Below, piece by piece: positions 9,521 to 19,841 of a stretch of 64,000 nucleotides of DNA. Under the pieces are notes generated by a model. That model did no database searches. It was not told the origin of the DNA and saw only the letters and a program-made list of their open reading frames with translations. Each line of letters starts with the position of its first letter. The first letter of the stretch is position 1. Where the stretch lies: positions 1 through 64,000 of IMG/VR virus record IMGVR_UViG_3300037751_000591, one strand, 5' to 3'. Source of the stretch: a virus (lineage: Duplodnaviria > Caudoviricetes). The position numbers and the translations under genes were made by a program.

Positions 9521-10738
9521 CCCTTATGATCCTCTCCAATCGGGCGTCTATGACCATCAGCATGCCCATTAGAATTAGACCGAGCGCGTAAACAAATGCA
9601 ACGTCGGCTCTTGTCGCCGGTCTTTCGGCAGAGATTATCGTCGGCACGCCCGTTGCCACGACGATCATGAGACAAATCCCCGCGCCGACTATCAGATTTC
9701 CGACGATCATTACGGCATCCCCCAATAGAGAGCCAAGCCAAACGTCAGCAGCGCGGTCAGGCCGAGTGTCAGTTGGTCGGTCATGTCGAATCTCCCGGTA
9801 TCATCAGCCACTTCCTGATTGAATGGCCTGCCGCTTTCAAGCAAAGACTTTGTTCAGGATTATGCGCTGCCAAATCCCGTGCAAAGTTCGCGGCATCGTC
9901 GATTGCCTCGTTGTATACAAATCGGACCAATTCGACGCCGTTCAGGTGTTTCGCTCGTTCAAGTATGATGTGAGGAATTTTCGTCGCCTCTTGCAATTGC
10001 TCCGGTGTCGGTTGGTCGGTCATGTCTCACCTTTTCCCGTCGTTTCCCACCCAGACCACCGGTACAGTTCATGCCCAAGCTCGTCTGCGACGCCCATTGG
10101 GACATACTGGCCTTTAGATACACGCATATCCCCACAAACGGGGTCGCCATCAAGCCCCAACGCCCGCATCATCCTTGCCTCTTGTTCTGACGGAAAGGCG
10201 AACAGCTCTCCATCCCTTGGGCCTCCCACAAATCGGCAGGTGAGGATCGTCATGTCTCACCTTCCTGCGCGGCGAGCGTGCTCGGTGTCGGGGCGCAAAC
10301 CATTCCGAATCTCTCTATTCGCCTGCACCCTGATCCACGCAGCATACCTTTCGCTGGTGATCCAGTGAGGGTCAGCCAGCCCGTCGTACTTTGCGACAAT
10401 GGCATTCACCAATTCGATCCGCTCCCTCGGGTCTTGGGTCTTCTCCGCTTCACTCAATTCGTTCTGCTTGGCTACGAGCCATTCATGCAGGTCCATTGTC
10501 CTAAACTTCCTCTGCTTTGCCCCGTCTGTTTCTCATCGCTAGCTTCGCCGACGGATTTCCATTCGGCACTTGTACTCGCGCGTGCGCATGCAGCGCTTGC
10601 ATGTGACCCTCTCCGGCGCGGTTGTCGTGGCAATGCCGATGCGAGCATCGTCGGCGAAGTCACAGCCGCAGGCGGTAAACACGGTGAACCATTCATTCTT
10701 GAAGTGCCTGTGGTAAAGGTGCCAAGGTCCGACTGCCA

Positions 10739-11119
10739 TCAGACTTGTGCCTCTCTCATGATCTCGTCGAGGTAGCAGTGGCACTCCGGCTGTTCGGGAT
10801 AGGCGTCGTCGGGGTTGTGCCTCCAATTCCACCCGCAGTTCGGGCAGGGGGTCTCGTCGCCGTCAAACGTCCACTCGGCCTCTGTGAATGCATGGGCGCA
10901 GCGCGGGCAGACGCCTTGCTCGATGCAGACCGGACAGGGGTCGAAGTCCACCATGTAGCCAGCGCTCAACGCAACGCCCGCCGGCGAGGGGTCGTATGGA
11001 TAGCACGATCCGCCTTGCCCGTTGCAGTTGTCACAGTAATTGGGCCAATTGGCCGCATACTGAGCGGCCCGTTCGTTCCATCTTGCTTGGGCATCTGCGC
11101 AGGCCGCGCTGTGCTCCAT
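10739..11119 (-). CDS. Cys-rich Zn-finger protein
   Basis: CDNCNGQG, CPVC, CPRC, CPNC; strong RBS. Confidence 0.6.
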   Translation of the reverse strand: MEHSAACADAQARWNERAAQYAANWPNYCDNCNGQGGSCYPYDPSPAGVALSAGYMVDFDPCPVCIEQGVCPRCAHAFTEAEWTFDGDETPCPNCGWNWRHNPDDAYPEQPECHCYLDEIMREAQV

Positions 11120-11669
11120 GTCTACCTTCCTATCTGTGTGGGGGGTCTAGGAACAGGGCGGTCAGGCTGTTGGCAGCAGCGACAACAAGCGGGGCAATTG
11201 CCGCTGCCAGCAGAACAGCCGCCAGCGCGAGACTCACGATCCCGATGATTGCCGGTCTTGCCACTGCGCCGTAGTCGGACCAAACCGAGATCGCGGCGGT
11301 TCGTGCGCAGGGTAATGGTTCGATCATGCCGAGAGTCATACAAACGTCGTAGACGCCGGCGAACTGGTCCCACATATCGGCGAACATTCGGAAGAGGGAA
11401 GTCAGGATTTCCATTCAGGGTGCCTCGCCTTCCATGCGGTCATGCCCGAGGCGCGTAGCTGGCCTCCCTTCTTGGCTACTTCGAGCAGCGCCGCCGGTCT
11501 GCCGCAGGCCCCGACGATCTGATCGTGCAGGTCGTTAAGGCCCGCGTCGTGAACGACGCTCAGAGCCGCAAGCACGCCGCGGTAATAGAAGGCGTCGTCG
11601 ATTTTGAGCGGCCACTTGCGAACAGGATTCTGGATGCTGTCGTCAGGCGTCATTCGGACCTCCGAAAGA

Positions 11670-11697
11670 ATTGTACCGCAGGCGGAAGGGATGTCAA
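11670..11697 (-). promoter_or_regulatory. sigma70-type promoter P3
   Basis: TTGACA-16nt-TACAAT followed by GGAGG RBS. Confidence 0.7.
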
Positions 11698-12359
11698 GTC
11701 GCCTTCATCGCCTCGATCACGGCCTCGATAATCCGCTTGGTTTCTTCGGGCGATCTAGGCGGTATGCCGATCTGAGCGCGCACCTTGCCTTCGCTGGCGT
11801 CGCTGATTCTGATGGACGGCAGGATGGAACCGGCGGCAACGAGGTCCACCCTGAACTTGCTGTCGTATCGGCGCGAGTACGAATCATTGACCATTGCGCC
11901 GAGTTCGCCGAACACTTCGCGCATGGCCTTGGACCATTCCTTGGCGGCTATGTGAAGCTCGACATCCTTGTTGACATCATCGTTGCTCTCGGCGACGTAC
12001 TGAGTGAAGGTCTCGATGGCCTTATCGACATTCCATCCGCCGCTCTTGAGTCGGGCGTAGCTCCGCGTGGCTATGTGATGGCCCCTGACCTTGCGGATGC
12101 GGATGATCGGGTTGTTGTTTTGCACGCGCTCGACGTACACAATAAATTGCACAAGCCGGATATCCTCGCGGTAGGCCTCCCACTCGTAATAGCCAAGATG
12201 ACGCTTCTTGATGGTCACGCCTTCCGGCAGTTCGAGCAGGCTGATGCGGCCATCCACTTCCTCGCGCAGGGCCTTGTAGCGCTTGTTGACCTCGGCTTCT
12301 AGCTTTCGGCGGTGTTCCTTGTATGCATCCCTGTCATCCATGATTGTCATTCCTCTCAT
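11694..12359 (-). CDS. hypothetical protein
   Basis: 221-aa ORF collinear with neighbours. Confidence 0.55.
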   Translation of the reverse strand: MRGMTIMDDRDAYKEHRRKLEAEVNKRYKALREEVDGRISLLELPEGVTIKKRHLGYYEWEAYREDIRLVQFIVYVERVQNNNPIIRIRKVRGHHIATRSYARLKSGGWNVDKAIETFTQYVAESNDDVNKDVELHIAAKEWSKAMREVFGELGAMVNDSYSRRYDSKFRVDLVAAGSILPSIRISDASEGKVRAQIGIPPRSPEETKRIIEAVIEAMKAT

Positions 12360-12672
12360 TCAGATAGTCGGTCATCTTCCGTTGTGCCGAACCGTGCAGC
12401 CATGCTTTCCCGTTGAGGATGCGGCTCACATGCGCCTCGCTGATCTCGAAGTGCTTGGCGATCTCGTACTGGCGCATGGTCTCGGCCATCCTGAATATCT
12501 CGCCGACTTCTGCTTCGGTCAACCGCGACTGGCCGTTGGCCTGTCCGAACTGGACCGTCATGGAGCCGATGTCGCCTTTGTGGGCCGTTCGCCGGCGAGT
12601 CTTGGGATATTCACCGTGGCCGGCCATCCAGTCGGGATCGTCTATCTGCCAGCCATCCGTGATCTTGCCCAT
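12334..12672 (-). CDS. HTH protein resembling the C-terminal DNA-binding tail of phage HNH endonucleases
   Basis: GQANGQSRLTEAEVGEI...EIAKHFEISEAHVSRILNGKAW. Confidence 0.6.
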   Translation of the reverse strand: MGKITDGWQIDDPDWMAGHGEYPKTRRRTAHKGDIGSMTVQFGQANGQSRLTEAEVGEIFRMAETMRQYEIAKHFEISEAHVSRILNGKAWLHGSAQRKMTDYLNERNDNHG

Positions 12673-12792
12673 GGCTCACCTACTGCCAAGCGGCGGTCAC
12701 GAACCAAGCCACGTAAATTAGCATGGCAATCGCGAACACCAGCAGCACCGCCAACCACAGCCGAAACGTTCGTGCGCTCATTACGCCTCCAA

Positions 12793-13506
12793 TCATGCCT
12801 TGTTTAAACACTCGTCGCATGTATCAAAACCGGCCTCGGCATCGACCGTGTTCTTGCCGCAAACAGCGCAGTAAAAGGCAGAGGCGGGGCCTTCGATCTC
12901 CGGCAACACGGTCTCGATATCTGCCGCCAACAGACGGATTGCAGCGCCGTCGTATGCGGCCATCGCGCGTTGTTCCGTATATGGATCGTTCTTTAGCATC
13001 AGGCTCAAGCCGACGGCGACAAGCACATGCTCGGGCGCTTCTTCCTCTAGATGATGATCGTCCATGCCGGCCAGTATGAGGGTATAGCTTCCGTCGGTCT
13101 CGAAAATAATGGCGGCGGCATCATCTGGCACCTGAGGCAAGTCCCGCTCTTTAAGCTGCACCGCCAAGTCAGTAATCATGTCGCGCCAATGGCCTGCCTC
13201 ATCGCGACGGCCCTTCCAATACTCGCCCTGCCCATCCGAATCCGTGACGGCCATCCGGTCGTAGCGGGTACGGTGTTCCTCGGCCTCGAGCGCCATCCTG
13301 TGCACGGCATCCGCGTCTGGCACCGCTAGGCGATTCTGGAGTTCGTCGATGGCAAGCTCGCGCATACGGTGGCCGCGGCTGGTCCATCCCCCGTCGTAGT
13401 CGTCGGGTTGCGACCAGTCGTTAGCGAACGTATCGAACAGTTCGCTAGCAGGCAACTTCTCGATCTCTGCCAGAAACTCAATTTCCCACTTGGGCTGCTT
13501 TGCCAC
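12793..13506 (-). CDS. hypothetical protein with C-terminal Zn ribbon
   Basis: CAVC...CDEC. Confidence 0.5.
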   Translation of the reverse strand: MAKQPKWEIEFLAEIEKLPASELFDTFANDWSQPDDYDGGWTSRGHRMRELAIDELQNRLAVPDADAVHRMALEAEEHRTRYDRMAVTDSDGQGEYWKGRRDEAGHWRDMITDLAVQLKERDLPQVPDDAAAIIFETDGSYTLILAGMDDHHLEEEAPEHVLVAVGLSLMLKNDPYTEQRAMAAYDGAAIRLLAADIETVLPEIEGPASAFYCAVCGKNTVDAEAGFDTCDECLNKA

Positions 13507-15331
13507 TTGATCCTCTCAGTCCGGCACGATGCAAATGCCGTCTACTCTGGCTCCGCTAGGAACTCGATTTCTTCGGGCCGCGCCGGTCGGCCAAAGCGCC
13601 ACACGTCCTTGTCGCCGACGATGCGATAGGCCAGCGTGCCATCATAGATGGTCTGCGTGGCCGTGACGGTGAACGTGTCGTGTTCTGCCGGCCAGCGAGC
13701 GTTCTTGATCCTGCAGCGCCGGCCCACATCGGCATCGAGATCGTTGGCGTCGACGTCGAAGTAGGGCAGGCCCTTCAAGTCGGTATGTAATTCGTGCTCG
13801 CGCATTTCCATTCAACCTCCACCCGCGTAGGCGCTCGGATAGATGTCCGGCATATCGTCAACTGGTCCGCCAAAGTCTTCGCAGTGCGTGCACACATCAT
13901 CGCCGTCATAGCGCTCGGTGCAGGCCGCGTCCTTGAAGATAGTCATGATCGGCTCGCCGCACACATCGCAGGCGTGCTCACTGCCGTTGACGTAGAAGCT
14001 CAGATCGGCGCTCATTGCTCCGTCCCTTCCTCGAAGAAGCCGACGGATGTGCTTATACCCTCAGCCCCGAACCGCTCACGCACAGCATCGGTGATTGCCA
14101 CCGGCATGTTGAGATTGTCGGGGTCACGGCCGCGGCAGTAGTCAGCGAATTGCTGTGCCAGATTTTCATTCGGGCACCGGTAATGGTACTCTTGACCCAT
14201 GTAGCTGCCGATGAGATTGCCGAAGGTTACAAGAATCCCGTCCTGCTTGACCCATCGGCTCATGTAATGCAAGGCCGACATCATGGCTGGACTTCCGTTT
14301 CTGCATCGGCCCCCTCAATCAGCCAAGGCATGACGACTCGAACATACTCGCTGTTCAGGCCGGCCAAGAAGATGTCCTGATAGGATGCCGGCTCCATTTC
14401 CGCGCCCTCGATCCCGACCAGTTGCCAGAAGCACCAGTTCCCGATGCGGGGGTGCCTTGGTTCGTACTCCGAAAAAGCGTACTGGATGGTCAGGTCGTCG
14501 TCGAAAACCTTGATCGTGCTCGACCCGAGAATGTGGCGGGTTTCGCCCTCTTCGAGGGCGGGCCAGTTGAAGTTGGGGAGCAGGAACTTATTGGTGCTCA
14601 TTCGGAGTCCTCCGGCATTTCCCAACCATGCCAGCAGGCGGTGCCAATCCTCGACACCCCGCTCGGCCATTCGTAGCGCCTCAGCTTCTTCGGGTCGTTG
14701 GCGTGGCGGGCGCTCCTCGGGTGCCGGCGCTTGTATTCCTTGCTTTGGGCGAACGTGACCTTGCGCCCGCCGGCAGCGTTCTTGGCCCCGAATCGCAGGG
14801 GCCTGATCCGCGCGACGCCCTTGTAAGGTTTCTGCGCCTCGGCCCATGCCAGCGCCTGTTCGCCGTCAAGGACCAGCGCATTTCCATCCTTGTCGAGCAC
14901 GGTCATTTTCGTTTGGAGCGTGCCGTTCGTTGTAAAGTCGCTCATGCCTCACCTTCCTGTCTGTCTATGTTAGGTCAACCGTGAACCGTATTACTGCCGA
15001 CTCGCTTCCTCTGCCCCGCGGCGAACAGCGGCGCGCATTTCATTGTGCGCCTTGGCGTCTTCGATTGCTTGGTCAACTGTCGCCTTCAAGAGTTCAAGCG
15101 CCTCGATGTTTTCATAGGGGATGGCGACCGAGCATACGGTCTCGCGGGTGCGGTCGGACTCGTGGTAGTGCGTCCAGCGGCGAACATCGAAGGACAGGCA
15201 CCCACTGCCGGTATACGACCCGACCGAGATCGCCGTGCTGTCGGTCCGGTCGATCACCATTGTGGTTTCGGTGAACCTCGGCGTGTCCTTGCGGGGGAAC
15301 GCGTCAACCTTAAACCGCTTTTCCGTTGCCA

Positions 15332-16639
15332 TCAGTTTCCTTCCTCTCTATCTGTCTCGGGTCGCTCGATGATGCTCAGCACCTTGCATCGGCTGAGCGC
15401 TGTCTGCAAAGTTCCGTTGTAATCTTCGTGCGCCTTAATCGTGCCCTTCATCCGGTAGGTCCAGCCGACTTCCATGTACTGGCTGAGTGGATCGCCGTCG
15501 AACTCGCGGTCCGGCCAGACCAACTCGGCGGGCACCGGTGCGCTCGAAGTGAACCATTTGAAAACGTTGCCATCGGGATCGCGCATCAGGTACAAAAGGC
15601 TGTATCCGTACTGCGTGTCCACAGGGATTTCAGTCTCGACCGTCAGCGCCCACTCGCCGCGCTCTCCCATCGTGCCGACGTGCTCGCTAAAGCGCTCAGG
15701 CTCATCGGTCTGGCCGCTCGCACCCCACCTGCCGCTGGCTCGATAGAAGGCCGGCATCAGGCTGGCGACCAATCCGACGTGGCGATTGTGGAAGCTGTCT
15801 TCGGCGGTTGCCGAGACCAAGTTCCACTCGTAGTCGTTCAGGCTGTCGCTCTCGGCCAGTTCAGTCCGCGCCCACTCGATGGCGGCGGCGGCGTCGGCCT
15901 TGTGCTCGTCGGTGACGGTCAGGCGTTTGCGCTCATCGCGGGTTTCGAGGCTGTCGAGGGCAGTCGTGGCCGTGTCACTTCCCGACCGGCCCTCATCGCG
16001 TGCCTTGCCCCTGCTCAGCCAGCCGCGCTCATCAATGGCGGCGGCGACGTGGCCGAGGTAGGCTGCTAGATCAAACCGGTCGGCCCGCCAGCTACCGCCG
16101 TAGAACTCGGGGTCGCTGGCCCCCTCCAGTTCTTCGTACAGGCTGTTAGCCCACTCGATCTGCCGCAGCAGGTGGGCGTTGGCTCCGAAGTCCTTGAGGC
16201 AGGTGCGCCCGACTTGCTTCCATCCATCATCTTCGTTCCACAACAGGACGGTCGTCAGACGATAGCGGTCGTAGCCGCAGTGATCGCAGTCGGGGCCGGC
16301 CTTACGGTAATGCTCGGGGATTTCCAATCCGAGATCGCGGCTATCCGCCATTTGGGTGATGATGTTCAGGTCGCCCGAGTGGTCGATCATGCCGGCCACA
16401 TGCCAGCCTGTGAGCACAGGCGCTTGGCCGGTCACTTCCAAGTCGTAGTACCGCATGATCCTGCCGGTCGTGCGGTCAATCACGCGATCTTCGTGGCCGT
16501 GAACCGTCAGCGTCAGCGGGGCCATGTCGAGCTTGGCCGCTCGCTTGTTCAGGTGTTCGATCAATTCAACCACGCGCTGGCGGTTGGTTTCAGGGATTTT
16601 GTTGCGGATGGTCAGGGTGTCGGTCATGTCAGCCATCAT
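15332..16639 (-). CDS. conserved-type phage early protein (CxxC, C-terminal OB-fold-like region)
   Basis: CDHC..R, QVGRTCLKDF, C-terminal KGTIKAHEDYNGTLQTALSRCK. Confidence 0.6.
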   Translation of the reverse strand: MMADMTDTLTIRNKIPETNRQRVVELIEHLNKRAAKLDMAPLTLTVHGHEDRVIDRTTGRIMRYYDLEVTGQAPVLTGWHVAGMIDHSGDLNIITQMADSRDLGLEIPEHYRKAGPDCDHCGYDRYRLTTVLLWNEDDGWKQVGRTCLKDFGANAHLLRQIEWANSLYEELEGASDPEFYGGSWRADRFDLAAYLGHVAAAIDERGWLSRGKARDEGRSGSDTATTALDSLETRDERKRLTVTDEHKADAAAAIEWARTELAESDSLNDYEWNLVSATAEDSFHNRHVGLVASLMPAFYRASGRWGASGQTDEPERFSEHVGTMGERGEWALTVETEIPVDTQYGYSLLYLMRDPDGNVFKWFTSSAPVPAELVWPDREFDGDPLSQYMEVGWTYRMKGTIKAHEDYNGTLQTALSRCKVLSIIERPETDREEGN

Positions 16640-16881
16640 CAGACAGATCGGCTACCAAGCGGTCGAATTCTTCCTGCGTGATGTTTTCGTCGGCGAGGGA
16701 GTTTTCCAGTCCGCCGAGCGTGTAGCACCGCAGGCACAGGCGCACGAGGCTTTCGCCCTCGCCAGTCTCGCGGGTCAGCTTGCCGCACTCATCGCACTTG
16801 TAGGTGCCTGATCCTCGCTGGAATTTCCGGTTGTCTCTCATTTGATTGCCTCCCGTTGGTCCTGTCTGCGCTTCCATATAA

Positions 16882-16910
16882 ATCCTACCACGTGCGGAAG
16901 TAATTGTCAA
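16882..16910 (-). promoter_or_regulatory. sigma70-type promoter P4
   Basis: TTGACA-17nt-TAGGAT with extended TG. Confidence 0.75.
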
Positions 16911-16930
16911 GCGGTAGACAGGGCAGGTCG

Positions 16931-17119
16931 TCAGGGATCAGACGCCTTGCGCAACAGTACGATGCGCTTGGCGACCTGCTCAACGGGCCTCTCGAAAACT
17001 TCGGCGACCAGCATGACCGAGATCAGCGTTGCCACATCCTCGGCCTCGGTCCACGTGGGTTCGTCGTTCATTGCGATCCAGTCAACTGCTCGGTCCAGCA
17101 ACTGCTGTTTGCTTGCCAT
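16931..17119 (-). CDS. small hypothetical protein
   Basis: MASKQQLL..., start overlaps the upstream stop. Confidence 0.5.
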   Translation of the reverse strand: MASKQQLLDRAVDWIAMNDEPTWTEAEDVATLISVMLVAEVFERPVEQVAKRIVLLRKASDP

Positions 17120-17442
17120 CACTTGGCCTCCGTCAGGTAGGTCAGGCCCAACCGGTTGAACAGGTCTCGCTTGGTCTCGGCGCGATAGTGAAGGTCGCGC
17201 TCGACGCGCAGGCCGACCGGCCCATTGATCGACTCTAGCTCGCTGAGTGAGAAGGAGCCGAGTTCCATTTCGAGGCCGTCCACCAGCCCGAAGAACTCGT
17301 CTTCGCCGTCGAACTCGAAGGCGTACCATGTCCAGCCGGCCCAAGGGGTGAAGAACTTGCAGACCACGGGAGCGTCGAGGTCGCCGTCGGCCTCGTAGAG
17401 CGGGGGGAGCTTGCTTCGGAGTTCTTTCGTCAAGAGCTTCAT
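17119..17442 (-). CDS. DUF2958 family protein
   Basis: KFFTPWAGWTWYAFE...FFGLVDGLEMELGSFSLSEL. Confidence 0.85.
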   Translation of the reverse strand: MKLLTKELRSKLPPLYEADGDLDAPVVCKFFTPWAGWTWYAFEFDGEDEFFGLVDGLEMELGSFSLSELESINGPVGLRVERDLHYRAETKRDLFNRLGLTYLTEAK

Positions 17443-17476
17443 CTGAACCTCCATGCTGTCTGCGACTTCCATATAA

Positions 17477-17506
17477 ATACTACCACACACGGAAGGAATA
17501 TGTCAA
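17477..17506 (-). promoter_or_regulatory. sigma70-type promoter P5
   Basis: TTGACA-18nt-TAGTAT with extended TG. Confidence 0.72.
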
Positions 17507-17540
17507 GTGGTGTGCAGGGGCAAGCGCCGGCCCGATTTCC

Positions 17541-17574
17541 AAACCCCATGCAGGGCCAGAAACCCCATGCAGGG
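17541..17574. repeat. 15-bp direct repeat AAACCCCATGCAGGG x2 in the divergent intergenic region
   Basis: copies at 17541-17555 and 17560-17574; partial TGCAGGGG at 17513-17520. Confidence 0.8.
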
Positions 17575-17614
17575 GGTAAAAATGTCCGGCTGGCCTGACA
17601 AACGCCAAGCCAGC

Positions 17615-17643
17615 TTGCCAAGTCGCGCAATCAGTGCTACGAT
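17615..17643 (+). promoter_or_regulatory. rightward sigma70-type promoter
   Basis: TTGCCA-17nt-TACGAT with extended TG, upstream of gmd. Confidence 0.55.
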
Positions 17644-17672
17644 GAGTCACGCCAACCGGAGGGAGGCCCCGA

Positions 17673-18674
17673 TTGCCCGCCAAACGCGCATTGATTACCG
17701 GCATCACCGGTCAGGACGGTTCATACCTCGCCGAGCGACTCTTGGCTCAGGACTACGTTGTGTACGGACTTGCCCGCCAATCATCGAGTGGCCGCAATCT
17801 CAGCAACCTGCAACCCGCTATGCGCGCATGGGGCGACCGGCTGCATCTGCTCGCCGGCGACATGCTTGATTCGGCCACGGTTCGCTCAGCCGTTCAGGAC
17901 TCCCGACCGCACGAGGTCTACAACCTCGCCGCGCAATCCTTCGTCGCCGACAGTTGGAAGATGGCGACGTATACGATGGAAGTAAATGCCATGGGGTTCG
18001 TGCACCTGCTCGAAGCGGTCGCCGACCTCGACCCATCCATCCGCGTCTATCAGGCGTCAACCTCAGAAATGTTCGGCAACGTCAGCGCGAGCGGCATGCT
18101 CAACGAAGAGTCGCAAATGCGCCCGCGCTCACCCTATGGTGCGGCCAAGCTCGCCGCCCATCGAATGGCGGCGGTCTACCGCGAGTCGTACAACCTGTTC
18201 ATCGCCTGCGGCATCTGCTTCAATCATGAGTCGCCGCGGCGCGGTGAAATGTTTGTGACCCGCAAGATTGCGAGGGGCGTTGCCGAGATCAAGCTGAACA
18301 TGCGTGACGTGATAGCGCTCGGCGACCTGTCGCCTCACCGTGATTGGGGCTTCGCCGGCGATTACGTGGTTGCCATGCATCAGATGCTGCAGGCCGACGA
18401 GCCGGCGGATTACGTGATCGCCACAGGCGAATCACATGCGGTTCGTGACTACTTGCTGGCCGCGCTCGAGGTCGCCGGCCTGCCGCCAGACATCGAGCGC
18501 TACGTCTGGCATGACAAGGCGCTGCTCCGCCCCGCCGAGATTTTCAAACTTCGTGGCGATAGCTCGCGCATTCGCCACACGCTAGGCTGGACTCCAGCCA
18601 TGTCGTTTGGGACGCTGGTCGAGGTCATGGTTGAGACCGAGATCGAGCGCGCCCGGCTTCGCAAGCGCGCATAA
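17673..18674 (+). CDS. gmd: GDP-mannose 4,6-dehydratase
   Basis: ALITGITGQDGSYLAE, YNLAAQS, YQASTSE, PRSPYGAAK, FNHESPRRG, RDWGFAGDYV. Confidence 0.95.
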   Translation: MPAKRALITGITGQDGSYLAERLLAQDYVVYGLARQSSSGRNLSNLQPAMRAWGDRLHLLAGDMLDSATVRSAVQDSRPHEVYNLAAQSFVADSWKMATYTMEVNAMGFVHLLEAVADLDPSIRVYQASTSEMFGNVSASGMLNEESQMRPRSPYGAAKLAAHRMAAVYRESYNLFIACGICFNHESPRRGEMFVTRKIARGVAEIKLNMRDVIALGDLSPHRDWGFAGDYVVAMHQMLQADEPADYVIATGESHAVRDYLLAALEVAGLPPDIERYVWHDKALLRPAEIFKLRGDSSRIRHTLGWTPAMSFGTLVEVMVETEIERARLRKRA

Positions 18675-18750
18675 GGGAGGGCCGAGTATCGAGGGAACAA
18701 TAGTGAACAGACGAGGGAACAGAACTGTATCCAACCCAAATGGAGGGACG

Positions 18751-19767
18751 ATGCTTAAGAGATTTTCACCGTTCGCCGTGATTGCCCTGTCCGTATTGCT
18801 GCTGGTCGCAGCCGCGTTTGCTATCAGCGCGGTTGTTGCCGAGGCTGCACCGAACAGCACGGGCGGCGACGACAAATGTTACGGCGACTGTCCGAGCTTC
18901 ACCTTCGAGGCGAGCCGAGAGGTATGTCCGAGCGGATGGTTCCCGATCAATCATGGCGAGCACAAGGGTGAATGCGGTCGGTTCATCCAAGAGTTTCCTT
19001 TTATCGAGTTCACCAGCAAGGTGACGGAAACCTTTGGCCCTATCGACTTCACTTACGACAAGTCGAACGATCCCAAGAAGTGCCATCGCCCGACGGCATC
19101 GAGTCTAGGCATCCCATCATGGGCGCGCGACGATTACAACGGCCAGTTCAAGGAATGGCTGAATGCGCCTGAGGTCGAATGCTACGAGACCTGCGATGAG
19201 ACCATCGAGCAAGAGCCGATTGTTGAGTATGGTCCATGGTCGGATTGGACATGGGACGGTGCCAACAACAGGTTCGAGCGCTCGCGCACGGTCACAACGA
19301 CGATCAATCATGTGGACGCCAAGGACGGCGAAACCATTTGTGACCGCGACGTAAGCGAGGAAACCGAGCATCAGTATCGTGACCCCGATCAGGTGATCGT
19401 CGGCGTCGAGTTGTCGTGCGGCCCCGAATCCGAGGGCGGGAACGTTTACCAATCCTACGCCAAGATCACGGTCGAGCCGTCTGGCGGTGCAACCCTGACC
19501 TTTGACGGCCAAGACTTTACCGAAACGACCGTGGTGTACGCTGGCTTCAAGACCTACAACTGGTCGGCTGTGGCTGCCGATGGCTTCAACATCGTCGGCG
19601 ACGACAGCGGCAGCGTGAAGATCAACAGGTCCGAATGCAACGATCCGCCTCCGCCTCAGGACAACTCGGGCGGCGGCGACAGCCCCTTGGTTGTGTGGCT
19701 CACGATCTTGGGGGCTGCGCTGGTTGGGGCCGGCATCGCGTTTCGCCGGTCGCGCCGAACTGCCTGA
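18751..19767 (+). CDS. secreted Cys-rich surface protein with C-terminal sorting-signal-like tail
   Basis: N-terminal signal peptide (MLKRFSPFAVIAL...AEA); C-terminal PPPPQDNSGGG + TM helix + RRSRR. Confidence 0.75.
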   Translation: MLKRFSPFAVIALSVLLLVAAAFAISAVVAEAAPNSTGGDDKCYGDCPSFTFEASREVCPSGWFPINHGEHKGECGRFIQEFPFIEFTSKVTETFGPIDFTYDKSNDPKKCHRPTASSLGIPSWARDDYNGQFKEWLNAPEVECYETCDETIEQEPIVEYGPWSDWTWDGANNRFERSRTVTTTINHVDAKDGETICDRDVSEETEHQYRDPDQVIVGVELSCGPESEGGNVYQSYAKITVEPSGGATLTFDGQDFTETTVVYAGFKTYNWSAVAADGFNIVGDDSGSVKINRSECNDPPPPQDNSGGGDSPLVVWLTILGAALVGAGIAFRRSRRTA

Positions 19768-19793
19768 TCCTCGCAACCTTTCGTAACCCAAGA

Positions 19794-19827
19794 GAGGCGG
19801 GGCCAGCCCCGGCCCCGCCTCATCTTT
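19794..19827 (+). terminator. GC hairpin, possible terminator or attenuator
   Basis: GAGGCGGGGCC-agcccc-GGCCCCGCCTC with weak U tail. Confidence 0.45.
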
Positions 19828-19841
19828 CCGCCGGAGGGAAG

